DNA of 56,783 bases. Origin: a virus (lineage: Duplodnaviria; Caudoviricetes). The stretch is from positions 1-56,783 of the IMG/VR virus record IMGVR_UViG_3300036833_000338, one strand, 5' to 3'. The first letter of the stretch is position 1. Every line of letters begins with the position of its first letter. The position numbers and the translations under genes are program-made. A model generated the notes under the pieces. It had not been told where the DNA came from. It ran no database searches and saw only the letters and a program-made list of their open reading frames with translations. Below, in pieces: positions 28,701 through 35,996 of the stretch.

Positions 28701-31137
28701 CGGGATCGAGCGGAACCGGCGCCTCCTGATCGAATGCGATGTCGCCCGCTCGATGCGCCGCCAGGCTCTGCCGGCCGGAGGCCGGGTCGCGGGTCGCGCC
28801 AAACGGCGACGTCACCGATGTGATGGCACCCTGGTGCGGGCCACCGCCCGGCGGCCGCGGCGGCCCGCCCAATGCGGGTTGCCCGGCACCAGCCATCGGC
28901 GGTGCCGGCGGCTCCGCGGGCAGCTCCTCCGGGTCGAGGTCGAGCGCGACATACGGGCTCTCCGGATCGGTCGCCAGGATGCGGCGCACCTCTTGATTCG
29001 TCACCGCGCCCATCTCTTCATACTTCGAATGAATGTCGGCCTTGGTCGCCTGCACCGAGGCTTTGCCGGCCTCGTCCAATTGCCACAGGCTCTTGAAATC
29101 AAACGTAATATCCGGGTCGACCCGGCCCAGGCGCGAGAGCTGGATAAAATCGATGACGCGGGTCAGCGGCTCGCGGAATAACAACTCTTGATAGGCGGCT
29201 ATCCAATCGTAAAAACTTCTGATCTCACCTTCACTACTTGCGTTTAGTCCTGACGGTGTGAGACCCGTATATTTTATTAGCGGTAGTCCACTAATTGAGC
29301 AGTTATGGACGAGTATACCGTTGGCGTACAACTCAGGGAGGTACCCATCGGCAACCTGAAGATTATAGACCGGCTCGCTGGCGTACCTTCCAAGCCGCGG
29401 TGTTGCAACGTTGGCTGCAATAGAGCGCGCGCTCGGGCCAGACGGTCGAATATTCAGCGCCGCAGCTCGCGCAAATCTTGGTAACAGCTGGTCCAAACGT
29501 AGTGAAACCGAGTCGGCCCTCGTTGACATGTTGGCGAATATGGTCGCCGTGCGGGATGCACTCGAAATTGCCGAGCTGATTATGCTCTGTATCTTCGTCG
29601 ATATGATGGACATCGTAGCCGTCAGGGATCGGCCCGTGATGCACAATCCAGATCTGTCGGTGCAGGAGTCCGCCTGCTTTGACGTTACGGTAATAACCCG
29701 ACTTAGTCTTGCCCCACCAATGGCCGCGCCAGAGGACCGGTGGCCCGTACTTGTTGGCCACGTTGGGGCCTCTAATTCGAGGCTGGCCTTTGCGCCGCTG
29801 CACAGCAGGAGATCCCCAGGCCGCACATTCTTCGCACTGACAAACGCGTCGATCGTAGGTAAATAAATCGGGTGGCATGGTGTGACCCAGACTGCTGAGT
29901 GCTCGCTCTTGATAAGGAGCAGTTCAGCAGAATAGCCGGTGCAACCGACCCAGGTCAACGGGGCGAGGCCTTTGCGGGTCATCACCTGATCGGTCAATTC
30001 GAGGCGATCAATCCGAACCTGTCCACGTTGCGTCTCGACCAGCGTGTTGCCAGAAACGCAAATATGTTCCTGCGACTGCGCCTGCAAGGCATCGAGACCG
30101 GCCAGCGGTGTCGAGATATTCTGAAACTCTTCAGTCTCCTTATTGAGGATCAGCAGCGCCCGGTTGTCGCGAAAGAAGTTGTACAGATCGGCCCGGTTCT
30201 GGACGATCTGCTGCCCGCCATTGTTGAGCATGGCGGTCAGATCGGTCAGCATCACGGCGGTCGAGAACGAACGGATCAGATCGGCGACCGAGTCACGCGT
30301 CTGCGTCCACTTGTCGATATAGGTCTTGGCCATCTGCGACAATGGCAGACCGCCAAACATGTACGCCGGCTTGAGCAGGTCCGGCACCTCGCGGCCGACC
30401 AGTGTCAGTAGCCGCGTGGCGTGGATCATCTTGCCCATGACAAACCACGACTGCGGCTTGTACCAGTCGGGGCGCAGTGGATCGGACGCGTTGTAGTCGA
30501 TTGGGTACGTCCATACCGCTTCCACTGTACGCAGCGCCTTCAAGCCGCCTTTGCGGATTTTAGCCTGCGAGATCAGATCCCGGCCATGGCCGATCGGAGT
30601 CTTCAGCTCGTCGGGGGTGTCGGTCGTGCCGAGGTCGATGTAGAGATGCGCCCGGCCAAAGAAGCCATCCTGCTCGGCCAGCCGGCGAAACGCGTCCTGC
30701 ACGCCCAGCCGTTTGATCTCGTCCTCGAGCGCGTTGATTTCGAGGCTCTTGTCCTCGTCGCTGGAGCTTTTGAGCTCGATCCATTCGCGCGTCATCTCGG
30801 TGGCGATGACTTCGCTGAGCCGCCGGTACTCGCCGCGCTGCGCCAACTCGGCCAGCAGCGGATAGCCGAGAAAACTCATGCCGTCGGCGTAATACGCCGC
30901 GAGCAATTGGTCGGCGGCCCAATTGGTCGAATTGCCGACAGCGCTGTCCATCGCCATCGTCGGCGCACCCTCAGGCACCACCCCTGGCATCGGCGCTGAG
31001 GGGGCGAACACCGGCTGCTGCGGCTTGCCGCGCGGGATCTGGCCGCGTTCTCCAGCTTTTTTCAGCGCTGCGGCGAAATCGCCTACCGGGGCGTCAGCAT
31101 CGGTCGGCGGCTGCGCCAGATTGACGACGTCGGCCAT
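25726..31137 (-). CDS. Portal protein (DUF1073-like) with intein and a long C-terminal extension of roughly 1000 aa
   Basis: FLGYPLLAELAQRGEYR...YNASDPLRPDWYKP...LLKPAYMFGG...TPSGLNASSEGEIRSFYDWI; follows terL. Confidence 0.9.
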   Translation of the reverse strand: MADVVNLAQPPTDADAPVGDFAAALKKAGERGQIPRGKPQQPVFAPSAPMPGVVPEGAPTMAMDSAVGNSTNWAADQLLAAYYADGMSFLGYPLLAELAQRGEYRRLSEVIATEMTREWIELKSSSDEDKSLEINALEDEIKRLGVQDAFRRLAEQDGFFGRAHLYIDLGTTDTPDELKTPIGHGRDLISQAKIRKGGLKALRTVEAVWTYPIDYNASDPLRPDWYKPQSWFVMGKMIHATRLLTLVGREVPDLLKPAYMFGGLPLSQMAKTYIDKWTQTRDSVADLIRSFSTAVMLTDLTAMLNNGGQQIVQNRADLYNFFRDNRALLILNKETEEFQNISTPLAGLDALQAQSQEHICVSGNTLVETQRGQVRIDRLELTDQVMTRKGLAPLTWVGCTGYSAELLLIKSEHSAVWVTPCHPIYLPTIDAFVSAKNVRPGDLLLCSGAKASLELEAPTWPTSTGHRSSGAAIGGARLSRVITVTSKQADSCTDRSGLCITGRSLTATMSIISTKIQSIISSAISSASRTATIFANMSTRADSVSLRLDQLLPRFARAAALNIRPSGPSARSIAANVATPRLGRYASEPVYNLQVADGYLPELYANGILVHNCSISGLPLIKYTGLTPSGLNASSEGEIRSFYDWIAAYQELLFREPLTRVIDFIQLSRLGRVDPDITFDFKSLWQLDEAGKASVQATKADIHSKYEEMGAVTNQEVRRILATDPESPYVALDLDPEELPAEPPAPPMAGAGQPALGGPPRPPGGGPHQGAITSVTSPFGATRDPASGRQSLAAHRAGDIAFDQEAPVPLDPDLLEIARGAPSNIIQYIYGLQAERDRSRAPFDQAEWEESKHRREAHGRFTSGGGGGGVHQHIPSATPGVGARAAAAVVHRIGEVGRPEAQAIHEALKPGGEARKSWASRIAGMAKDLPKHIWHEEKTHAMHAAGGLKAMATGNRPTPEQMKGLRSFGLRMAMSGGSMLLTGDPTGTVAHAAVMLAQEIVQHVIIEHGAKLGIGMARAAAGGGDAAPDNDDLTPDDIARLQAFLEDLAEAIANYDPEAEAKKKAPLTGDAKWLADWFAEDAEFKEENVTRKHGQFARKGEGEAGAKKEEPAEKEEPEAEEPSEPEKKETPAKPEPAAAEPVKRAAPRVRTAETFASPNIRDLTFPQAQAELGGVRQKALGQVSRIIDDGLGLRETHRADVIGAWSDGAENSLMVALRGDPAMVRAAAAMKGAVSNQKAVLVFNPDPKGPESMVSFELPGDLSQIHDQLLQGGLAFHTLEPTPGGAKVHIYSSDPETDAAIERVAADVPIKVTHGNGEFIGTKLDTGTDEEQRADAQRAYEAVIRETEDSGAVGGRNLREVWRDADDHWREATWTQTGVEPPIGADPRERALSVRDILYGDTPAARPRSRTVVDIADQLMARGSAALRNLGVPGGRIQGPSPRTDHLLSRVIASEIKDAAARSGHAGNWYTSKVKEAMDVAALMHPELTTDPHARTAYTAALAITSQGEKVPSNVRLADQAYRTFKQTGRFPTNIEAQEKIAMNSNFGKYNNLLDTLGPEGTRQFLNTERTAGELTADGHPIQGENVDTPVYGSAIFGPKIGGGFFQNLNGNYNPVTMDLWFMRAWGRLAGSLKGQLDPASFAKTQGRFERALAAGGGPVPPTLEELKSQADAIVALHERDYAAHAAEYRAKTRLKSELTLSAERMIHAMDGINETPKSGGDRIWMRDVVDHARQMLSAEGTHLSNADLQAIWWYPEKELYAKLGGRDTEGTNVDYSTALQAEARKNGIPGEAIARAVGPVDR
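29302..30060 (-). mobile_element. Intein in portal (253 aa)
   Basis: EHI/CVSGNTLVETQRG (block A), VTPCHP (block B), VYNLQV (block F), YANGILVHN/C (block G). Confidence 0.92.
29363..29761 (-). CDS. HNH endonuclease with Zn finger, nested out of frame in the portal intein
   Basis: LLHRQIWIVHHGPIPDGYDVHHIDEDTEHNQLGNFECIPHGDH; CASCG...YCSQRC; GAGG-N7-GTG start (ORF open to 29878). Confidence 0.88.
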   Translation of the reverse strand: MANKYGPPVLWRGHWWGKTKSGYYRNVKAGGLLHRQIWIVHHGPIPDGYDVHHIDEDTEHNQLGNFECIPHGDHIRQHVNEGRLGFTTFGPAVTKICASCGAEYSTVWPERALYCSQRCNTAAWKVRQRAGL

Positions 31138-31141
31138 GAGA

Positions 31142-33346
31142 TCAGCGCCGCAGCGTGTGGACCATCGGCAGCCCGGGGCGCGGCTGCAGCATCGATTTTG
31201 TTACAATAACTGGCAGGGGACCGGGTTCGACCAGCAGGTCCGTCAATGCCCACACCAGCGCGTCGACTCTGTCCGGTGACCCGTCGCGGGCCCGGTCATA
31301 GTCGATCGTAAACGAGCATTGCTGATCTTCGAGCTGGGGAAAATTTCCCACGTGGTGGATTCTCCCCTGCTCGTAGAGGGCGCTAACCGGCTCGGCGCGG
31401 ATCGCCTTGCCGCGCGAGGCATGCACTGGCGTATAGGCGATGTCCGGGTCGACCATCCTGATCGTGTTCTCGACCATTTCGCCTCCGTTGTTGATCTCGG
31501 CGACGATGCGGTCAGCCTTGCGCTGCGGGTGCTTGTATTGGGCTATTGCTGCCCGCGCCCACTCGGTCGGCTGGTAGTGCCCTGAAACGTCTGCGAGCAC
31601 ATAGCCATGCCCCGCCCAGTCGCAGGCGGCGACGACGATGCCGGTTTCATCCGCCTCCTCACCGCTGGTTGCGGCCGGATCGACGGCACAGACAATCCGC
31701 TTGAAGGCAGGCAGCGGTTGCCCGTAAGGCCAGCGGTCGCGATCGATCCCCTCGCGTGTCCACAGCGCCCCTGGCACGTCCTCGAGGAGCTCGCCGCCGA
31801 TCTCCTGGCGACCGAGGCGGGTGCCCTCGTAGCGGGCGACGATGCGGTCGAAGAAGGTCGGCGCGAGGTTGGCGCGGTTCTCGTAGCTGGAGCCGCGGGT
31901 GATGACGGTCATCGGATCGGCGAGCAGCTCGCGCAGAAGCTTCGTCGGACGCGGCGTCGCGGTCACCATGACTCGTGGATCGGGTCCCAGCCGCAACCCA
32001 AACATCAGCATGTCCCACGCCTCGGGGTATTTCCAGACCGACAACTCGTCGCAGTTGTGGACTAAAACTCCATTGGCGAAATATTCAGGGGAGCGCTCGA
32101 CAGTGAGATTAAAGACGCGAGCCTCGCCTTCTGGCTCCCAAGTTGACACAACGCTGACTACAGAAATTTCCTTGCCTCGACCTGAACGATCTCCCGCAAT
32201 ATTCACAGGCTCGGTCTGTCGTGCGGGCTTCCTCGGCTCGCTTTTGTTGACATCGCAAACATACCGGATCCCGGGCGTCTTTGCGCTGCTTTCGAATGAC
32301 TTCGACCCCACAGTCGCCGCAGCATAAGCGAATTTCTGGTTTGAGAGACCAATCGACAGGAGCAATTGGCTTTTCAGCGACGTGAAGCTTTCGATGATCA
32401 CTCTTCGATAAAAGCTCCAAGTCATCTGGGTTGGTCGTAGCCAGATCTTCGACCCGATGATGCACATCAAATCCCGGAGGAATTTCTCCGTGGGCCGCTC
32501 TCCATACGGCCCGATGTAAGCGGTCTCTGTCGACTCGCCCGAGTGACCTCGTGCCGCGATATTCGAAATACCCCGGTTGTCCGCGAGCCCGGTATCGGTG
32601 CCACCGCCGTCCACCCCACTCGACGCACTCGTTACACATGCCGCCCCTCGCGACAGGTCGGAAAGCCTCATCCAACCATGCGATGATAGTACGGGGTGCT
32701 CGGCCGTTCCAGTCAGATGCCTGCCATCAGCAAAGCGAACGGTCCCCACTTTTTCTGCTCGCGAAGCGACTCGGATCACGGCGTGTAGCCCGCTTCTTGT
32801 TACCACGAGATCGCCTGCTTTGATCGCTTCGATCGGGATCTCGCCGTGATCCGTGAGGATCGTCGTGCCGGCGACAAAACACCACGATCCATCGTGCTGC
32901 GGCCCGCGCAGGCGATCGGGCTCCTCAGCGCTATAGAGCGTGGCGACGGCGCCGTTGGGCCAGGTCAGGCGGCGCTTCGAGGGCTCATAGAGCGGCCGCT
33001 CGGAATTCGGCGAGACGGCCAGGATGCCGGATTGCCCCTCGACGATGACGTCACGGATATCGGCTGCGGTCGGGGCGACCAGCGCGAGCCGACGGCGCCC
33101 TCGCTTGACTTGCTCGCGCGTCCATTCGGCCCCTGAGCGCGTCTTTCCGTACCCGCGACCGGCAAGCAATAGCCACACCCGCCAATCGCCCGGCGGTGCC
33201 AGCTGCGAGGGTCGCGCCTGCCGATGCCAATCAAAATGGACAGCATCAGTGTTTCGTGTCTCCTGTAGTATTTCCGCTGCGTCTATCGCTTCCAGCAATG
33301 CCTGCAGCGAGCTTCGCGTCGGCGATCCACTGTGCAAGCTCAGCAT
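31142..33346 (-). CDS. terL: Terminase large subunit with intein
   Basis: Walker A AGRGYGKT, Walker B W/CDE split by the intein, VTATP, nuclease VDPA...DETGI...PDRVDALVWA. Confidence 0.95.
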   Translation of the reverse strand: MLSLHSGSPTRSSLQALLEAIDAAEILQETRNTDAVHFDWHRQARPSQLAPPGDWRVWLLLAGRGYGKTRSGAEWTREQVKRGRRRLALVAPTAADIRDVIVEGQSGILAVSPNSERPLYEPSKRRLTWPNGAVATLYSAEEPDRLRGPQHDGSWCFVAGTTILTDHGEIPIEAIKAGDLVVTRSGLHAVIRVASRAEKVGTVRFADGRHLTGTAEHPVLSSHGWMRLSDLSRGAACVTSASSGVDGGGTDTGLADNRGISNIAARGHSGESTETAYIGPYGERPTEKFLRDLMCIIGSKIWLRPTQMTWSFYRRVIIESFTSLKSQLLLSIGLSNQKFAYAAATVGSKSFESSAKTPGIRYVCDVNKSEPRKPARQTEPVNIAGDRSGRGKEISVVSVVSTWEPEGEARVFNLTVERSPEYFANGVLVHNCDELSVWKYPEAWDMLMFGLRLGPDPRVMVTATPRPTKLLRELLADPMTVITRGSSYENRANLAPTFFDRIVARYEGTRLGRQEIGGELLEDVPGALWTREGIDRDRWPYGQPLPAFKRIVCAVDPAATSGEEADETGIVVAACDWAGHGYVLADVSGHYQPTEWARAAIAQYKHPQRKADRIVAEINNGGEMVENTIRMVDPDIAYTPVHASRGKAIRAEPVSALYEQGRIHHVGNFPQLEDQQCSFTIDYDRARDGSPDRVDALVWALTDLLVEPGPLPVIVTKSMLQPRPGLPMVHTLRR
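32054..32881 (-). mobile_element. Intein in TerL (276 aa), inserted at Walker B
   Basis: GSW/CFVAGTTILTDHG, GTAEHP, VFNLTV, YFANGVLVHN/CDE. Confidence 0.93.
32109..32639 (-). CDS. HNH endonuclease with Zn fingers, nested out of frame in the TerL intein
   Basis: RLHRAVWRAAHGEIPPGFDVHHRVEDLATTNPDDLELLSKSDH; CGDCG, CLRC, CEYCG...FCSQRC; GAGGGG RBS before MCNEC (ORF open to 32675). Confidence 0.88.
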   Translation of the reverse strand: MCNECVEWGGRRWHRYRARGQPGYFEYRGTRSLGRVDRDRLHRAVWRAAHGEIPPGFDVHHRVEDLATTNPDDLELLSKSDHRKLHVAEKPIAPVDWSLKPEIRLCCGDCGVEVIRKQRKDARDPVCLRCQQKRAEEARTTDRACEYCGRSFRSRQGNFCSQRCVNLGARRRGSRL

Positions 33347-33620
33347 CGGTCATTTCGCTCGGTTTGCGGACGGTTACGGTGGCGGCGGCGAGCTTGGGAT
33401 GCAGGTAGGGCGCGGCAAGAGCGGCGCTCTTCTCGGCTGCGTCATGCTCGCCCGCATCGCGATGGCGGCGCATGTTTTCGAGGATCACCTCGAGCGGCGT
33501 GACGCTATGGGCGGCCGCGGCTTCGAGGATCGCGCGGGTGCTTTTGGCGATGGCTCCCTTCTTCTTGCCGGGACCACCTTTAGGCCTGCCCGCTCCTGGC
33601 CTAGCCCCACCGCGTGGCAT
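33246..33620 (-). CDS. terS: Terminase small subunit
   Basis: RGGARPGAGRPKG...TPLEVIL...AAPYLHPKL; directly upstream of terL. Confidence 0.8.
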   Translation of the reverse strand: MPRGGARPGAGRPKGGPGKKKGAIAKSTRAILEAAAAHSVTPLEVILENMRRHRDAGEHDAAEKSAALAAPYLHPKLAAATVTVRKPSEMTDAELAQWIADAKLAAGIAGSDRRSGNTTGDTKH

Positions 33621-33668
33621 TTTGAAATTTTCCGTTCAGTTTGAATTTAAAAGAAATCAAACATTAAA

Positions 33669-34172
33669 TCAATTCTCCGGCAGTTCCGGCTCGTATACCA
33701 CCGGGTCACCGGTGACTACCAAGGCGAAGAACATCGAGGGGTCTTTCCGCTGGTTCGTAGCATAACTCAATTTCCCGGTTGATTGGCTACGATATGCCGA
33801 TCGCACTTCGATCGTAATCAGCCTTGCTCCCTTATCGGCAATAAGATCATGCCCACGAGTGCGTGTGATCGGGATGTATACATGCCAACCGCGCGCCAGC
33901 AAATCAGCCGCAACAAGCAATTCCGATATTGTTCCTACGACACTTTGATTAACGGCTGTAAACACTCCTCCAGTTAATATTCGAGGGCGATAGTTCTGCT
34001 TTTCCCCAGATTTGACGTCGATATGTTTCCAGAATTCGATCCCATGATGATGGAGGATCTGATAAACGCGTTGACGCGAAATTCCTAAGCGGTTGGCGAT
34101 GATAAGAGCGGAGCAACCTTCTTTCACCCACTCGCGGATTTCAGCAATCCGGGCTTCATTTACCTGAGCCAT
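33669..34172 (-). CDS. HTH plus PD-(D/E)xK nuclease, putative homing endonuclease
   Basis: IANRLGISRQRVYQI; GTISELLVAADLLARGW..YIP....HDLIA...IEVRS; AT-rich. Confidence 0.75.
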   Translation of the reverse strand: MAQVNEARIAEIREWVKEGCSALIIANRLGISRQRVYQILHHHGIEFWKHIDVKSGEKQNYRPRILTGGVFTAVNQSVVGTISELLVAADLLARGWHVYIPITRTRGHDLIADKGARLITIEVRSAYRSQSTGKLSYATNQRKDPSMFFALVVTGDPVVYEPELPEN

Positions 34173-34222
34173 TTGCGGGCACCCATAAAGTGTCACTTGT
34201 CACTTTATAAATGCCCATCTCA

Positions 34223-34251
34223 TTGACAAATGTAAAGGGGCGCACTACATT
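34223..34251 (+). promoter_or_regulatory. Sigma70-type promoter for the rightward small-gene cluster
   Basis: TTGACA-17 nt-TACATT. Confidence 0.75.
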
Positions 34252-34425
34252 AGGTGTGGCGGCTGGAACCGCCCTCTGAACCAAAGGAGCCCCCGATGGC
34301 ATTCCGGACCAAGAGCGAAGCTGAGGCGGCGCGGTCGTTAACAACTGGTATGTTTGGCAGTTCATGGACGGCCGCTGGGCCGTCTCATTGATGATCAATC
34401 GCAACGCCTGAAAGGACGAACCCCA

Positions 34426-34662
34426 ATGAGCGCCCAGCACATGTCCCGCGAGGACCGCAACGCGCTGCTCACCGCCAAGCGCGTGTGCGACGCGCTGATC
34501 GCCACCGTCAACGAGATGCCGCACGGCGCCGCCGCCGGCCCGATGTATGTAGCGCTGATGCCGTACCTCAGCCTCGCCCAGTTCTCCTCGATGATGCGGC
34601 TGCTGGTCGAAACCAAGCGGGTCACCAAGCGCGGTGACCTGTACTACCCCGCAGGTGCGTGA
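34426..34662 (+). CDS. Hypothetical small winged-helix-like protein
   Basis: AAAGGA RBS; GPMYVALM...VTKRGDLYY. Confidence 0.6.
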   Translation: MSAQHMSREDRNALLTAKRVCDALIATVNEMPHGAAAGPMYVALMPYLSLAQFSSMMRLLVETKRVTKRGDLYYPAGA

Positions 34663-34931
34663 TGGATGTCAGCCAATTCAGTGCGCTCGCCGCCCTGATC
34701 ATCGGCGGGTTTGCACTATTCGCGTTTATGTTTCAGCGGCTTGAAACACGCATGGATCGGCGGTTTGCCCAGGTCGACCGACGGTTTGCCCAGATCGATC
34801 GGCGGTTTACCCGGGAGATGGATCAGCTACGCCGCGACTTGGCCGAAGAGTTCCGCGCACAACGCGCTGAGGTCGCGAGCCAGGTCAGCGCCATTGCCAG
34901 CGCGATCATCGCCAGCCGAAAGGAAGTCTAA
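34659..34931 (+). CDS. TM-anchored coiled-coil protein with DRRF heptad repeats
   Basis: MDRRFAQVDRRFAQIDRRF after a hydrophobic segment. Confidence 0.65.
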   Translation: MMDVSQFSALAALIIGGFALFAFMFQRLETRMDRRFAQVDRRFAQIDRRFTREMDQLRRDLAEEFRAQRAEVASQVSAIASAIIASRKEV

Positions 34932-34932
34932 A

Positions 34933-35151
34933 ATGTTAGCACGCAAATATTGGCACAAATCGATCACCGAGGAAGTCGTAGTCGGCGCAGTCGAGCGCGA
35001 GATGACCTCGCTCGACAATCCCGGCTTCTGCCTGATCTGCGGCTTCGAAGCCGGCGGCTGCGAGCCTGACGCCCGCAATTACGAGTGCGAGAGCTGCGGT
35101 GCCGAGCAAGTCTTTGGCGCGCAAGAGTTGCTGCTCCATCTCGTCGCGTGA
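34933..35151 (+). CDS. Small Zn-ribbon protein
   Basis: GFCLICG...CEPDARNYECESCG. Confidence 0.7.
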   Translation: MLARKYWHKSITEEVVVGAVEREMTSLDNPGFCLICGFEAGGCEPDARNYECESCGAEQVFGAQELLLHLVA

Positions 35152-35165
35152 AGGAGACGAACCCA

Positions 35166-35375
35166 ATGATCGCATTGGATCTCGACGGCCCCGAGGCCCT
35201 TGCCGAAGCGATGCATCTCGCCGAGATAACCGCAGCCGCACTGGCTATAGGACAGCCGCCACGGGGCAATTTATGGCGCGATCTCGACCCGGAAATACGT
35301 GCCGTTAAAGTCGCCGCCGCGCAACGGTTGATTACTCTTTACCGCGTCGAAGGTCTCAGCCTGGGTCTTGAGTAA
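35166..35375 (+). CDS. Hypothetical protein
   Basis: AAGGAG RBS. Confidence 0.5.
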   Translation: MIALDLDGPEALAEAMHLAEITAAALAIGQPPRGNLWRDLDPEIRAVKVAAAQRLITLYRVEGLSLGLE

Positions 35376-35499
35376 ACCCCTGACCGCGTGCCGGCGGTTT
35401 CCGGCACACTCTGGCGCTGGAAACGCCGGGCCAAACCAAAGGAACCCCAATGAAAAAGACAGAAGACCTGACCATCCAGCAGCGGGGGGAGTGCTGATC

Positions 35500-35697
35500 A
35501 TGATCCCGTTTTGGGAAATTATTGTCGCCATCATCGTCACCCGCCGCGGCTTTTGGAAGCTGATCGGCTTTCTGCTCGTCCTCGGTTTCGGCCTGCACGT
35601 AATACGAAACTTCAATGCTGACGTGCTTTGGATGTTTGCTGTCCCTGCCGTCGCCGCAGTCATCGCAGCATTTCGGAATCGAAACGTGCAGGGATGA
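35500..35697 (+). CDS. Small membrane protein
   Basis: Hydrophobic segments; GGAG RBS. Confidence 0.5.
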   Translation: MIPFWEIIVAIIVTRRGFWKLIGFLLVLGFGLHVIRNFNADVLWMFAVPAVAAVIAAFRNRNVQG

Positions 35698-35996
35698 TCT
35701 GGCTTCTGGTTCATGGGGCGAGCGCCGACATGCTGGGCCTCGTTCCGAGCTTCTTCTCCGAAGACGATCCGCGGCCGGCGCGCGAGCAGATCGCCGCCCG
35801 CTACATCTCCGGCTGGCATCCGTTGCCGGGCTTTACGGTCAGCGACGCGGACGGTTCGTTGCTGTATCCCGGCGACCCGCCGGTCCCAGTGCTCGCCGCC
35901 ACGCAGCTGCGCGACGAGCACATCCGGTTTTACGCCTACTCGTGGCTGGCGATCATCCAGCCCGATGGCGCTCTTGAGGTCGGGAGGGTCGACTGA
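35694..35996 (+). CDS. Conserved hypothetical phage protein
   Basis: LGLVPSFFSEDDPRPAREQ...YPGDPP...WLAIIQPDG.LEVGRVD. Confidence 0.65.
   Translation: MIWLLVHGASADMLGLVPSFFSEDDPRPAREQIAARYISGWHPLPGFTVSDADGSLLYPGDPPVPVLAATQLRDEHIRFYAYSWLAIIQPDGALEVGRVD

Noticed and set aside
27340-29181. 613-aa plus-strand ORF and other long antisense ORFs over structural genes
   Set aside because: No recognisable motifs or RBS; shadows of GC-rich coding strands, unlike the nested HNH ORFs, which carry clear family motifs
33630-33670. CtrA box upstream of terS
   Set aside because: AT-rich with TTAA half-sites, but the spacing does not fit TTAA-N7-TTAA
34296-34411. First ORF after the early promoter
   Set aside because: Good RBS but only 31 codons; a second frame looks more protein-like, so it may be a frameshifted remnant and cannot be called
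34750-34812. 21-bp tandem repeats as a CRISPR-like array
   Set aside because: They are coding heptads (DRRFAQ) with no spacers and no cas genes
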